DNA of 64,000 nucleotides from positions 160,001 to 224,000 of the forward strand of contig CBDFGR010000001.1 in NCBI GenBank assembly GCA_965247115.1, given 5' to 3'. The notes beneath the pieces were generated by a model that was not told the origin of the DNA, made no database searches, and was given only the letters and a program-made list of their open reading frames with translations. This document shows, one piece after another, positions 50,711 to 61,125 of the stretch (position 1 is the stretch's first letter; every line of letters begins with the position of its first letter). The stretch is from Myxococcota bacterium. GTDB lineage: Bacteria; Myxococcota_A; UBA9160; SZUA-336. The position numbers and the translations under genes were made by a program.

Positions 50711-51874
50711 ATGCCCGAGCGCGTCGAGAGCACCCAGACTCTTCCCTGGCCGGTAGAGCGCGAGCTCCCCGGGGTCACGCGCGCGCTGCCGGGGGGCACC
50801 GTGGTCGTGTCCAGCGACAGCCACTGGCTCGAGCCCGAGTCGTTCGCGGACTACATGCCCGAGAAGTTCCGGGACCGGGCCCCTCGCGGACACTTCGACG
50901 ACTCCGGCTACCACTTCGAGATCGACGGGCGAACGACGGACAACCCGGCCATTCCCAGCAAGTTGATCGAGGGTCGCGCCGGAATGTGGGATCCCGAGGT
51001 TCGGCTGCAGGAGATCGACTCGGAGCACGTCGACAAGGAGATCCTCTTTCCTCAGCGGATGCTGGGCGTCATCCGCAGGAAGTCCCGGGAGATCCTCGCC
51101 GGTGAAGCCGAGCTCCGCCCCGATCTGGGTGACATGGAGTACGTCCAGGCGTGCTTCGACGCCTACAACGAGCTGCTGGCCAAGTTCTGCGCCACGCACC
51201 CCGACCGCTACCACGGCGTCGGACTCCTCAATTACTGGGATCCCGACGCGACACGCGACGAGATCCAGAAGATCAAGGCGCTCGGGTTGAAGGGGGTCAT
51301 GCTGCCCACGCTCCCCCCCGGAGTCTTCTACAACTCCAGGAAGATGGAGGGCCTGTGGGACGGAATCGAAGCAGGCGGACTCCCGCTCTCGTTCCACGTC
51401 GGCGAGACGTTTGACGCGCGCGGACTCGGCGGGCTGGCGACGACCATCGTCGTCGCGCTCCAGCCGTATCGGCGGCTCTTCGCGCTGCTGACGTACTCGG
51501 GGATCCTCGAGCGACATCCGGAGCTGAGGGTCGTCTTCACCGAGGGCGGCATCTCGTGGGTGGCCGCGAGCCTGTACGACTTCGACCGCATCTACACGAG
51601 CTTCGAGTCGGAGATGAACCCCAAGCTCGCGCGGAAACCGTCGCACTACTGGTTTCAGAACTGCTTTGCCACATTCATGGAGGATCCACCCGGACTGCGG
51701 CAGCTGGATCTGATCGGCTGGGACAAGGTCATGTGGTGCTCGGACTACCCGCACCCCGAGAGCACCATCGGCTACTCCCAGCAGTCGATCTGGGACATCT
51801 TTGATGCCACGGAAACCGTGGAGCAAGCGCAGGCCATCGTCGGCAAGACGGCCATGAAACTCTGGCGCCTATAG
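50711..51874 (+). CDS. Amidohydrolase_2 family protein
   Basis: SSDSH, FHVG, TEGGISW, WCSDYPHPES. Confidence 0.9.
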   Translation: MPERVESTQTLPWPVERELPGVTRALPGGTVVVSSDSHWLEPESFADYMPEKFRDRAPRGHFDDSGYHFEIDGRTTDNPAIPSKLIEGRAGMWDPEVRLQEIDSEHVDKEILFPQRMLGVIRRKSREILAGEAELRPDLGDMEYVQACFDAYNELLAKFCATHPDRYHGVGLLNYWDPDATRDEIQKIKALGLKGVMLPTLPPGVFYNSRKMEGLWDGIEAGGLPLSFHVGETFDARGLGGLATTIVVALQPYRRLFALLTYSGILERHPELRVVFTEGGISWVAASLYDFDRIYTSFESEMNPKLARKPSHYWFQNCFATFMEDPPGLRQLDLIGWDKVMWCSDYPHPESTIGYSQQSIWDIFDATETVEQAQAIVGKTAMKLWRL

Positions 51875-51976
51875 CAAACGCCTACGGGGACCCGCGAGCC
51901 GCGAGAGGTCGTTCCCGCTTGACCTCTGCGCTATTCGATGACCTACTGGGCCGCCTATTCTCAAGGGAGGACCGTC

Positions 51977-52372
51977 ATGTCGATTACAGCTGCTCAGGCG
52001 CAGACCGTGATTAATGGAGCGCTTGCCAAGGGCAAGGAGCTCGGGACGCCCGTGACCATCGTCGTGGTTGACAGCGGCGGCGATGTCTCGGCAATCGGCC
52101 GCATGGACGGGGCCGGCGGCTTCAACTTCGATCTCGCCTACGGCCTGGCGTACACGTCGGCGAGCTTCTCCGCCACCGGCGCGCAGCTCGATGGCATCAA
52201 GGACGAGAACTGGTTCCGGGCGGCAAGCACGATGCGCGGCGGCCGCTTCATGGTGGCCAAGGGCGCGCTGCCGCTGCGTCAGGGCGACCAGGTGATCGGG
52301 GCAATCGGAGTGAGCGGTGCTCCCGAGGAGGACGACCTGGCGATCGCCGAGGCAGGTGTCAAGGCACTCTGA
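51977..52372 (+). CDS. GlcG/HbpS heme-binding family protein, copy B
   Basis: Close paralogue of 49302-49724. Confidence 0.9.
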   Translation: MSITAAQAQTVINGALAKGKELGTPVTIVVVDSGGDVSAIGRMDGAGGFNFDLAYGLAYTSASFSATGAQLDGIKDENWFRAASTMRGGRFMVAKGALPLRQGDQVIGAIGVSGAPEEDDLAIAEAGVKAL

Positions 52373-52530
52373 GCGCGGCGATTAGCAAGGCGGGCGTAGG
52401 TCTCCCTTAACCGAGACCGAGCCCAACGTGGCAGGGGCCGCGCCGACCCCGGGGGGAGCGCTGCGCGGCGCAAGGCCAGGGTACGTGTGCACGCGGGCTC
52501 CCCGGGTATACTCGGCCGCGGGAGGGGCCT

Positions 52531-54222
52531 ATGAGTCACGACATCGTAATTCGAAACGGGACGCTGATCGACGGAACCGGGGACCCCGGCCGCCGCGCCG
52601 ATGTCGCCATCCAGGGCGACCGGATCGTCGAGGTGGGCGACATCGAGGGGACCGCCGCTCGGACCATCGATGCCGCTGGCCGGGTCGTGACGCCGGGCTT
52701 CGTCGACATCCACACCCACCTCGACGCGCAGCTCGCATGGGACCCGATCGGGTCGTCGTCCTGCTGGCACGGGGTGACGTCGGTCGTGCTCGGAAACTGC
52801 GGGGTCACGTTCGCACCTTGCAAGGTCGACGACCGCGTCTACCTCGCAGAGCTGATGGAGTCCGTCGAGGACATTCCCGCGGACAGCATCCTCTCCGGTC
52901 TGCCGTGGACCTGGGAGACCTACGGGGAGTACCTGGACGCGCTCGACGCCCTCCCGAAGGGTCTCAACGCGGGGGGGATGGTCGGCCACTGCGCCGTCCG
53001 CTACCACGCCATGGGCGAGCGCAGCCTCGAGGAGGCGCCGGCCGACGCCGACGACCTGGAGCGCATCTGCGCGCTCGTCGACGAGGCCATCGCAGCCGGC
53101 GCGCTCGGGTTCTCGACCTCGCGCACGTACATGCACCGCGTTCCCGACGGGCGCCCGGTGCCCGGAACCTTCGCCGCGCGCGAGGAGCTGCTGGCCATCG
53201 GTGCGGTGCTCGGCCGGCGCGGACGCGGCGTCTTCGAAGCGGCCCTGCGGCTCGGCGAGCGCGACAACGCGGAACTCGACAACACGCGCGCCGAGATCGA
53301 GTGCATGAGCACCCTGTCGCAGCAGAGCGGTCGCCCGGTGACCTTTGGCCTGAGCCAGAGCTACCGGCGCCCGACCCTGTATCGTCGCGTGCTCGACTTC
53401 TCGTCGGAGGGGAACGCGCTGGGCGCCAAGCTGCGCCCTCAGACCACCGGCCGCGGCATCGGCGGCCTCATGGGTCTCCAGGCGCGGACGCCCTTCCACG
53501 CCGCGCCGGAGTGGGCCGAGCTCTTCGACCTGCCCCTCGCCAAGCGGGTTGCGGCCCTGCGCGATCCCGCGCGGCGCCAGCGCCTGGCCGCAGCAGCAAA
53601 CCAGCTCGATCTCCGCTTCGACTTCGACTCGCTGTACGTCCTGGACGCGAAGGAGCCGCGTTACGACTGCCAACCCGAGGACAGCCTCGCTGCCCATGCA
53701 CAGCGCCGCGGCGTCTCGCCCGTCGAGGCGTTCATCGACCTCTCGATCGAGTCCGAGGGTCGCGTGCTCGTCAACTACCCCGCCCTCAACCAGAGCATGG
53801 ACGCCGTGGCCGAGATGCTCTCCGACCCGATGGTGATCCTGGGCCTGGCGGACTCGGGCGCGCACGTGGGCCAGATCATGGACGCGAGCCAGCCGACATG
53901 GCTGCTGAACTACTGGGTAAAGGAGCGCGCGCTCATGACCCTCGAGGAGGGCATCCGGCGCATGACCTCCGACACCGCCGCGCTCTTTGGGATTCGCGAC
54001 CGCGGCGTGGTACGCCCGGGGGCCTACGCTGATCTGAACGTGATCGACCTGGACGGGCTCGAGCTACACAGCGCCGAGTATGTCAACGACTTCCCTGGCG
54101 GCGCGGGCCGCTGGATCCAGCGTGCCGACGGCTACGCGCACACGCTGGTCAACGGTCGGGTCTTCATGGAGAACGGTGAGCATACCGGCGAGCTAGCGGG
54201 GGTAACGCTCCGGAGCGTGTGA
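52531..54222 (+). CDS. N-acyl-D-amino-acid deacylase-family amidohydrolase
   Basis: PGFVDIHTHLD, GNCG, DSGAH. Confidence 0.92.
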   Translation: MSHDIVIRNGTLIDGTGDPGRRADVAIQGDRIVEVGDIEGTAARTIDAAGRVVTPGFVDIHTHLDAQLAWDPIGSSSCWHGVTSVVLGNCGVTFAPCKVDDRVYLAELMESVEDIPADSILSGLPWTWETYGEYLDALDALPKGLNAGGMVGHCAVRYHAMGERSLEEAPADADDLERICALVDEAIAAGALGFSTSRTYMHRVPDGRPVPGTFAAREELLAIGAVLGRRGRGVFEAALRLGERDNAELDNTRAEIECMSTLSQQSGRPVTFGLSQSYRRPTLYRRVLDFSSEGNALGAKLRPQTTGRGIGGLMGLQARTPFHAAPEWAELFDLPLAKRVAALRDPARRQRLAAAANQLDLRFDFDSLYVLDAKEPRYDCQPEDSLAAHAQRRGVSPVEAFIDLSIESEGRVLVNYPALNQSMDAVAEMLSDPMVILGLADSGAHVGQIMDASQPTWLLNYWVKERALMTLEEGIRRMTSDTAALFGIRDRGVVRPGAYADLNVIDLDGLELHSAEYVNDFPGGAGRWIQRADGYAHTLVNGRVFMENGEHTGELAGVTLRSV

Positions 54223-54318
54223 GTCCCGACACCCCTCCTCCTCTTGGGGCAGCGAGATCCGCGAGCACCTCCACCGACTCCAGTGTACTCGCCTCGGTGC
54301 CTGGCACCTGGAGGTCTC

Positions 54319-55209
54319 ATGCAGATCGACGTGTTTCAATCCATGTGGGCGATGGAGCGGCGGCGGCCGGACGGCAAAGAGTGGAGCCTCGAGGAGAAGA
54401 TCGAGCGCATCCAAGCCGGCGGCTTTGCCGGGGTGGACGTGTACTCCACCCCCAGCTACGCGCAGGAGCGGGACCGTTGGATCGACTCGCTCCTCTCGAC
54501 GGATCTCGACATCACACTCTGCTCGTTCCCCTCACCCAAGGAGGGCCTCGAGCCGACGATCGAGGTCGCGAAGTCGATCCGCGACCGGGTCCGCTACATC
54601 AACCTGATTCCCAAGGTGACTCCGAACGACCTCGAGCACTGCGCCCGACACGCGCGCGACTGGTTGGAGCTGGGTGCCGAGGCCGACATCCCCGTGTACA
54701 TCGAGACCCACCGTCACTGCATGACGAACGACTTGATGTTCACCTTGCACCTTCTCGAGGCGGTCCCGGAGCTGATGATGGTCGGCGATCTGTCTCACGT
54801 CCTGGTGAACCAGGAGTGGGGCGGCATTCCGACCGAGGCGCCCGAGGACGTGCTGACCGCCGAGGAGCACTCGTATCTCAGCCGGCTGCTGCGGCGTGTC
54901 GAGTCGTTCCAGGGACGCGTTGCCACGCGTGAGCAGATCCAGATCCCGCTCGACTCCTGGCAGAGCGAGAAGTGGTACACGCTGTTCAAGTCGTGGTGGG
55001 AGGAGGGCTTCCGCTGCTGGCGGGATCGACACCGAGACGAGCCGGACGCGCGCTTCGTGTTCCTGTGCGAACTGGGCCCGCCGGAGTACGCCCTGACGGA
55101 CAAGGAGGGCTGGGAGTTGTCGGACCGCTTTCTTGAGGCGCAGGTCATCAAGCGCGACGTTGAGGCGCTCTGGCAGCGCCTGGACGAGGAGGAGGGATCA
55201 GCGAGCTAG
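54319..55209 (+). CDS. Xylose isomerase-like TIM-barrel protein
   Basis: ETHR, DLSH, ELGPPEYA; GGAGG SD. Confidence 0.85.
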   Translation: MQIDVFQSMWAMERRRPDGKEWSLEEKIERIQAGGFAGVDVYSTPSYAQERDRWIDSLLSTDLDITLCSFPSPKEGLEPTIEVAKSIRDRVRYINLIPKVTPNDLEHCARHARDWLELGAEADIPVYIETHRHCMTNDLMFTLHLLEAVPELMMVGDLSHVLVNQEWGGIPTEAPEDVLTAEEHSYLSRLLRRVESFQGRVATREQIQIPLDSWQSEKWYTLFKSWWEEGFRCWRDRHRDEPDARFVFLCELGPPEYALTDKEGWELSDRFLEAQVIKRDVEALWQRLDEEEGSAS

Positions 55210-55223
55210 AGCCTTTCGACCGC

Positions 55224-55343
55224 TCATCGCTCGCCCACCCGCTTCGCGCGGGCGTCCGCCAGCAGGCACAGCATCTCGAAGTACAGATGCGTGCCGGTGA
55301 TGGCGGTGACGTCGCCACCGCCCTCGAGCGGCGGAGAGATCTC
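55224..55343 (-). pseudogene. C-terminal remnant of an agmatinase/arginase-family gene
   Basis: GADLVEISPP...TA...FEMLCLL only; upstream part replaced by unrelated DNA. Confidence 0.7.
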
Positions 55344-55588
55344 CACGAGGTCGGCGCCTTTCGTCTCGGGGTAGCCAGGCATTGTCAACGGGTGGAAGCC
55401 GACCAACCACTGCGCCTCGGCCTCCGATTCGGACTATTGGCGTCTGTACTGATCGTTGACTTCCCAGTTCGCGCATGGTGAAGTAGTAATTAGGAGAAGG
55501 CGACGAAGGCCAGTTGCCGATACGCAGGGCTCCGCGATTTGCAGCGTCGGGGGTACGGCGTTCGTGAGCCCCCGTATAGGAACTGAAG

Positions 55589-57049
55589 GTGTCGCCCTCG
55601 GTTCCTCTTCCGCTGCTGGCTGGTCTAGCATTGCTCATCTATGTCAGCCCCGCCCGGGCAGACAGCGCCGTGAACTTGCTCGAATCGGCGGGCGCGAGTA
55701 GAGATCGGTCCGTTGTTGTAGACATGTACCGTGCAGCGGCGGAGCAGTGTGACCACGGAGCCGCCGAGGCCTGTTACACAGTCGCAGCCGCTCTCAAGGG
55801 CCCTCTAAGGAGCCCGGAGGGTGCAGACAGGCTCATCCGCCGGGCCTGCGATCTCGGTTATTCCTTCGCATGTAGCCAGTTGCTTCAGGCTGCGACGCCC
55901 GCTCCAGAGCCCGCAGGCGACACGCGTTTGGTCAAGAAGGAAGACGAAGGTGATACAGCGTCACCGTTCGGTGTGCCTGAGAAGACCTCTGTCGGGAAGG
56001 CTGAAACCAAGCACACTGGAGCTGCTGAACAGGGCGACGCCGATGCCCAGTTCAACCTTGGCCTTCTGCATTACAACGGCAAGGGCGTACGGCAGGATTT
56101 CGCCCAGGCCCGGAAGTGGTATCTGAAGGCCGCCGAACAAGGCCATGCGGATGCTCAGACCTTCCTAGCTGCGATGGACTTTCTGGACAGAAGACTCGAA
56201 GCAGCGAACATGGAGTTGCAGGATAACGAGAAGCGAAACGAGAGCGACAGAAGCAAGATAGCGGCACTTGAGAGCGAACTCGCACTAGCCGAACAGACGC
56301 AAGAGGAAGTCGGAAGAGAGATCGCACAAAAGGAGCAAGAGAAGGAGGAACTGGAGGAACAGATACGGGGGGCGGGAACGACTGTCGCTGAGGCGCATCA
56401 GGAAGTCGGGGCAATCCAGCAGCGCTTTGACAGGCTGCAACAGGAAAAACAGGGGGTGAGACAGCAACTCGATGCAAACGAGCGAGCTCTCGGCGAAACA
56501 TATTTCGACCTTGGGGCCATGTCTCTCCAGGAAGGGGTGGACCACCCACGCGATTTGGAAAAGGCGCGGGAGTTCTTTCTGAGTGCCGCCGAAGCGAACC
56601 ATGCCAAAGCCCAGTACAACCTTGGCATCATGTATAGCCAGGGCCTGGGCGGGCCGCAGGATTTCGCCGAGGCGCGGAAGTGGTCGCTGATGGCCGCCGA
56701 ACAGGGACTTGCAGAGGCCCAGTACCTCGTCGGCGCCATGTATGTCGAAGGCGACGGCGGGCCGCAGGACAAGGCCGAGGGTCAGAAGTGGCTTCTGAAG
56801 GCCGCCGAGCAGGGATTCGCGGACGCTTCGTTCCTACTTGGCATGGAGAGTCACTTCTTCAATGAAGACTACAAAGCGTCCTACGTTTGGTTCGATGTTT
56901 CCGCCTCACAGGCGGGGCTAACCTTTGGCTATGAATCTGCGAGAAACAATCGGGACCTTGCGCGCGCCAAGCTTAACCCTGCTTCTCTTGCCGAAGCTAG
57001 GACGCTTTCAAGGCAATATCACCAGAGCTACGTGGAGCCGTTTCAGTAA
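55589..57049 (+). CDS. Exported Sel1-repeat protein with central coiled coil
   Basis: Repeated AAEQGxAxAQxNLG motifs; E/Q-rich insert; visibly lower GC. Confidence 0.88.
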   Translation: MSPSVPLPLLAGLALLIYVSPARADSAVNLLESAGASRDRSVVVDMYRAAAEQCDHGAAEACYTVAAALKGPLRSPEGADRLIRRACDLGYSFACSQLLQAATPAPEPAGDTRLVKKEDEGDTASPFGVPEKTSVGKAETKHTGAAEQGDADAQFNLGLLHYNGKGVRQDFAQARKWYLKAAEQGHADAQTFLAAMDFLDRRLEAANMELQDNEKRNESDRSKIAALESELALAEQTQEEVGREIAQKEQEKEELEEQIRGAGTTVAEAHQEVGAIQQRFDRLQQEKQGVRQQLDANERALGETYFDLGAMSLQEGVDHPRDLEKAREFFLSAAEANHAKAQYNLGIMYSQGLGGPQDFAEARKWSLMAAEQGLAEAQYLVGAMYVEGDGGPQDKAEGQKWLLKAAEQGFADASFLLGMESHFFNEDYKASYVWFDVSASQAGLTFGYESARNNRDLARAKLNPASLAEARTLSRQYHQSYVEPFQ

Positions 57050-57238
57050 AGCTTCCCGAAGGCTGCGCTCAGCCTCGACGTACTCGCGTAGGGCGTTCCG
57101 AACACTTTGATCGACTTCTGAGAGTTCTCGATGTGCCTCTCGATACCGCGCGAACCAAGTCCATCCGATTCGACCTACAAGGAGCACGAACCCCAGCGAG
57201 AAGAGATGCTCAATCCAGGCAACCACTTCATTTAGCAT
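57008..57238 (-). CDS. Small hypothetical membrane protein
   Basis: TM followed by a helical segment; overlaps the Sel1 gene end. Confidence 0.35.
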   Translation of the reverse strand: MLNEVVAWIEHLFSLGFVLLVGRIGWTWFARYREAHRELSEVDQSVRNALREYVEAERSLREALLKRLHVALVILP

Positions 57239-57328
57239 CGATCAGCCCCCCAAAGCGGGGCTTCGGCAGGCTGACACACCTAAAGCGACTAGCAGCCTAC
57301 AGAGCCCGATGTAACCCCCCGAAACTCT

Positions 57329-57379
57329 TGGTCGGGGCGGCCGGATTCGAACCGGCGACCTTCTGAACCCCATTCAGAC
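57329..57379 (-). repeat. att site: 51-bp duplicate of the tRNA-Pro 3' portion
   Basis: Identical to 63580-63630. Confidence 0.95.
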
Positions 57380-57569
57380 CGGCTCCATCGACGCAAGCAC
57401 ATAACCGACTGGAATCGTTGAGGTTGTCCTCTCTCCCCCACCTGCGACTCATCCTGGGACAGCGCTTGGACATCGCTTCGGGTCACCGGGAGTGCCGAGA
57501 CGCCCGTTCCGCCCGTTAGAGCGACCGGCGCGTGACTCGGGCGATGCGGCGTCCTTGGGCTCCCGCTTC

Positions 57570-57758
57570 AGTCGCTCGGCGACGCCTGAGCAGCTCCGTG
57601 TCTGCCCACTGCGCGGTGTAGGCCTGGCTGCGCTCGAGAGTTGCCGGGACTTCCCGCCAGCCGCGCTCGCGCAGGTCTCGACCAATAACACCCCAGATCA
57701 CGTCCTGCGCCCAACGGATCTCCGCCATGTCGTACCAAGGAAAGCTCGCCAGTCCCAC
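57570..57758 (-). pseudogene. N-terminal fragment of a PhnD/SsuA-like substrate-binding protein
   Basis: ASFPWYD...W...QWADTELL, then loss of similarity. Confidence 0.55.
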
Positions 57759-57839
57759 GCGGCCAGCTTACCCGCCGGGGCAAAGTGTTGACGTCGTACC
57801 TCGCTTGTGGTTTGGTGGGCGAGAGGACGAGCCGTGTCG

Positions 57840-58388
57840 ATGTTCCGGACTGCTGTCCTAGCCGCTTCCCTGATCGCGTGTGCCACTCTCAGCGCGGAAG
57901 AAGTTCGCAGCCGCGTCGTGGGGATCGATGCGCAGAGGGTCGTCAATTGCTTGGGGCCCCCCCTGAGCCTGATCCCCCTGGGGAGCGAGAATCACCAGCT
58001 CTGGGTCTACAACGCGGCCTTGCCCCGGCCCCGCGGGGGGAACGATCCGGTCTATGGCCAGCGCCAACGGGGAGCTGTCCTGAGGTACAAGGCGAAGCGG
58101 CTGACCGGGGTCGACCGGATGCCGAGGCCGCCTTCGATCAGCCTCCCAGCGGGTGATCGCCTACCGGGCTTGTCGGTGCCGTACGCAGCCCCGCAGGGCC
58201 GCCCCACCTCGAGCGGTCGCCAGCGGCCCGACACTGCCAACGGGGTCTGCCGCCTCAGCTTCGAGATACAGAACGGCGTCGTCGCCGACTTCAGGGCCGT
58301 CGGGCGCAAGCACAGTGGCATGAACGCTGACCGCCGCTGCTCGTGGGAGGTGCTCAAGTGCATCCCGTCCCAGGCCGCCGAGGAGTGA
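57840..58388 (+). CDS. Hypothetical lipoprotein
   Basis: Lipobox LIAC; CLGPP and CRLSF motifs. Confidence 0.6.
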   Translation: MFRTAVLAASLIACATLSAEEVRSRVVGIDAQRVVNCLGPPLSLIPLGSENHQLWVYNAALPRPRGGNDPVYGQRQRGAVLRYKAKRLTGVDRMPRPPSISLPAGDRLPGLSVPYAAPQGRPTSSGRQRPDTANGVCRLSFEIQNGVVADFRAVGRKHSGMNADRRCSWEVLKCIPSQAAEE

Positions 58389-58803
58389 GCGAACGCCGGA
58401 TCCCCCGGGCGAGCTGCTCGTGCAGGCCGACCGCGTGCCTCGTGCGCATCGACGGCTGTGTCGGGCTATCGCTCCGCTCGCTCGCTTACCCGGCCGCGTG
58501 GTCGAGTGCGTAGAGCCCTAGAGGTCACGCAGGCGCGCAGCGTGACGGACGCACCTGACCTGCGCACATTCCCCTTGTCACGGCTCAGGTCAGCAGATCG
58601 ACCCCCGGGGACCCCCTTTTGGCGCTTGTCTCCGCGTAAGGAGTCCCTGCCGAGTTGGTCATCGCCCAGTTGAAATCCTGCTATCGCATTATTGTGTAGT
58701 CATGAGTAGGAAGGGGGAACGAGTGGTGAGCGAGTTGGATAGATTGGGCGGCGGAGGGGTTTGAACCCCGGGACGAGTGCCATTGGGGTAGGCTTTTTTG
58801 GAT

Positions 58804-59016
58804 ATGCACGAGGATACGTACGATCCCCGAGATCTAGCGCGTCGCCACTACCGGGAGACTCTCTGGCTCCGCAACATCCTGGAGTCTGTTGCGAGGGAGC
58901 TGGAGCGGATGGCGGCGAGGGGGCAGGGAGAGACTCGAGTGCTTCTTAGCCGAGCCCGACGGGCGCGGCAGCGGCTGCACCAAGGCGTGCCGGAGGGGTG
59001 GACGGCGGGGCGATGA
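58804..59016 (+). CDS. Small helical hypothetical protein
   Basis: 70-aa ORF with protein-like composition. Confidence 0.45.
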   Translation: MHEDTYDPRDLARRHYRETLWLRNILESVARELERMAARGQGETRVLLSRARRARQRLHQGVPEGWTAGR

Positions 59017-59034
59017 GATGGGGGCTAACGCCCT

Positions 59035-60939
59035 TTAGCGAACGACCCTCCTGCGGGCACCCCTTGACGTGGGTATGCACAGCGGCGTTTGACTCCTCGA
59101 AGGCTTCTTGACCCTGCAATCGCCCGGATTGCGTTTCCCCGGCTCGTCGTCGAGCCAGTCCGACGACCTGCAGAATTGAGCTCCGGCTCGAGTCGTCGCA
59201 TCGACGGACTCGCAGAACTGCGAACGAGAGCACCCATCTAGATCGACCCGTGTATTCGGGGCTGTGCCCGCGCACAGGTCGGCCACATCGAGGACACCAT
59301 CACCGTCGGCGTCGCTCTCCGCGTCATCGTCCAGCATGGTGAAGAGTGCGTCCAGATTGGCCCCCACCCACCCGGCGTACGCGGCCGAGCCGTCGTAGAT
59401 CAGCCCTAGCAGCTCCCAGGTGCCGGAGTCAGGATCAAATCGAAACTCCAGCACGTCCTCGTCCTCAAAGCTCACCGCAGACCCTGACACGGCATTCATC
59501 GTCCCGGGGCCGTCGAAGGACAACCCGAGGTGGTCATCCACAACGAAAGAGTGGGACGCGTCCAGGTTGAGCCCCGAGGGGACGCCCGCCGCCGAGCCAT
59601 CGAAGTAGGAGATCAGGTCAGAGCCGTCAAAGAGCACCAGGTCCTCCGGCTGCGTGAGCCCGCCCGAGTTGAGAGTAACCGGCCCATCAAAGGAGAGAAG
59701 CAGGTCTCCATTGGTCTCAACACTGACAGCATCGGTGATCAGCACGGCCAGAACCGGGTCCACTGAAGGACGAAACTCGAGGCTGTAGCTGTTGCCGTCG
59801 TAGCGCACCACATCTGCAGGCTCAACTACGAGGCCGCCAGGCAGGGCAGTCGGACCGTCGAATTCGAACGAGAGCAGCACGTCATCGTTCGGAAGCACAT
59901 GGAAGGCGGTCACGTCATTGGTGTTGAATGGGCCGACATCGACCAAGACTGCGGGTCCGTCGTCGAGGAGATCGACAGCCACGTCCTCATCGTTGACCGT
60001 GGTCCCACCGAAGGAGGTGCTGTCGATGTCGGGGGAGAAGAACACAGTATCGAAGCGGGGCTCCACCGTGACTACCAGGCTCGTCGAAAACGAATCCTGG
60101 CCGTCGTCGACCGTCAGGGACACGGTATATGTACCCCCGGCGGTGTAGACGTGAACCGGATCGGCCAGGTTGCTGGTGTTGTTTGCGCTTGTAGGATCGT
60201 CAAAGTCCCAGGCGTAGGTGAGGAGGTCGTTGTTACTATCCGATGCATTGGCGGTGAACTGCACGGGCAGGGAGGGTGTGCCGGTGTTGGGAACCGCAAT
60301 GGGGCTCGCCGTCGGAATCATGTTTGCCGGCGGCAGAACTGTGATCTCAATCGGGTCCGAGGGGGAAAGGGAGAATGAATCGCTGACCGTGAGGGTGACG
60401 AAGTAGGTTCCGGGGTGTGTGTAGAGGTAGCTGGGGGCGACCTCTGTCGAGCGCGGGCTCGCGTCACCGAAGTCCCACAAAAAGGTAATTTGGGCACCCT
60501 CGGGATCTGAGCTTTGGGAGCCATCAAACTGTACGGTAAGCGGCAACGGGCCAGTGGTTGGGTCTGCCACCGCCACAGCCGTAGGCGGAAGGTTCTCTGC
60601 TACTCGGACGACCACGGTGTCCGGCAAGCTCGAATCCATGCCATCGGCGACAACGAGCGAAATAACGTAGTCGCCAACTACATCGGGAACGAGAAGAGGG
60701 TCGGGGGCCCTTTCATCTGAGAGTGCCGCGCGGCTCAGCTGCGGCCTGATCTCGATGTTCCAAAGAAAAGACACAATCGGGTCGTCGTCGGGATCAGTCC
60801 CGGACCCCTGCAGTTGGGTGAACTCGCCATAGATCAGATCTACGTCCCCCCCTGCATCGGCCACGGGCGGTTGGTTCTGGGCTAGCACCGTCTGGGGGAG
60901 GACGAGTAGGACCGCAAGAACAAGGAGGGCGTTGCGCAT
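59035..60939 (-). CDS. Secreted multi-PKD-domain protein with acidic C-terminal repeats
   Basis: Signal peptide; PVADAG, WDFGD and WDFDD PKD motifs; DADGDGVLD..DLC TSP3-like motif. Confidence 0.85.
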   Translation of the reverse strand: MRNALLVLAVLLVLPQTVLAQNQPPVADAGGDVDLIYGEFTQLQGSGTDPDDDPIVSFLWNIEIRPQLSRAALSDERAPDPLLVPDVVGDYVISLVVADGMDSSLPDTVVVRVAENLPPTAVAVADPTTGPLPLTVQFDGSQSSDPEGAQITFLWDFGDASPRSTEVAPSYLYTHPGTYFVTLTVSDSFSLSPSDPIEITVLPPANMIPTASPIAVPNTGTPSLPVQFTANASDSNNDLLTYAWDFDDPTSANNTSNLADPVHVYTAGGTYTVSLTVDDGQDSFSTSLVVTVEPRFDTVFFSPDIDSTSFGGTTVNDEDVAVDLLDDGPAVLVDVGPFNTNDVTAFHVLPNDDVLLSFEFDGPTALPGGLVVEPADVVRYDGNSYSLEFRPSVDPVLAVLITDAVSVETNGDLLLSFDGPVTLNSGGLTQPEDLVLFDGSDLISYFDGSAAGVPSGLNLDASHSFVVDDHLGLSFDGPGTMNAVSGSAVSFEDEDVLEFRFDPDSGTWELLGLIYDGSAAYAGWVGANLDALFTMLDDDAESDADGDGVLDVADLCAGTAPNTRVDLDGCSRSQFCESVDATTRAGAQFCRSSDWLDDEPGKRNPGDCRVKKPSRSQTPLCIPTSRGARRRVVR

Positions 60940-61125
60940 TAGGGGCTCTCCCAACCCCGCAGCCCCATCGGCCAGCATGTCCGAACGCCCCGTCGCCAGA
61001 TACCCCTACCTGTTCCGCCCGCCCTCTAGATACGCGGCCCCGCCACAGAACTCTGTCGTGGCGGATGTGGGCCACTTCACAGTCAGGGCTGCACCGAGCT
61101 GGTACTGCCCTTGTAGGCCACCCCG

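Noticed and set aside
57329..57379. Second tRNA-Pro gene
   Set aside because: Lacks the 5' acceptor strand and D arm; it is an att duplicate
58745..58775. Degenerate tRNA 3' end or extra att site (ggaggggtttgaacccc)
   Set aside because: T-stem pairs poorly and does not match the tRNA-Pro repeat; could be chance
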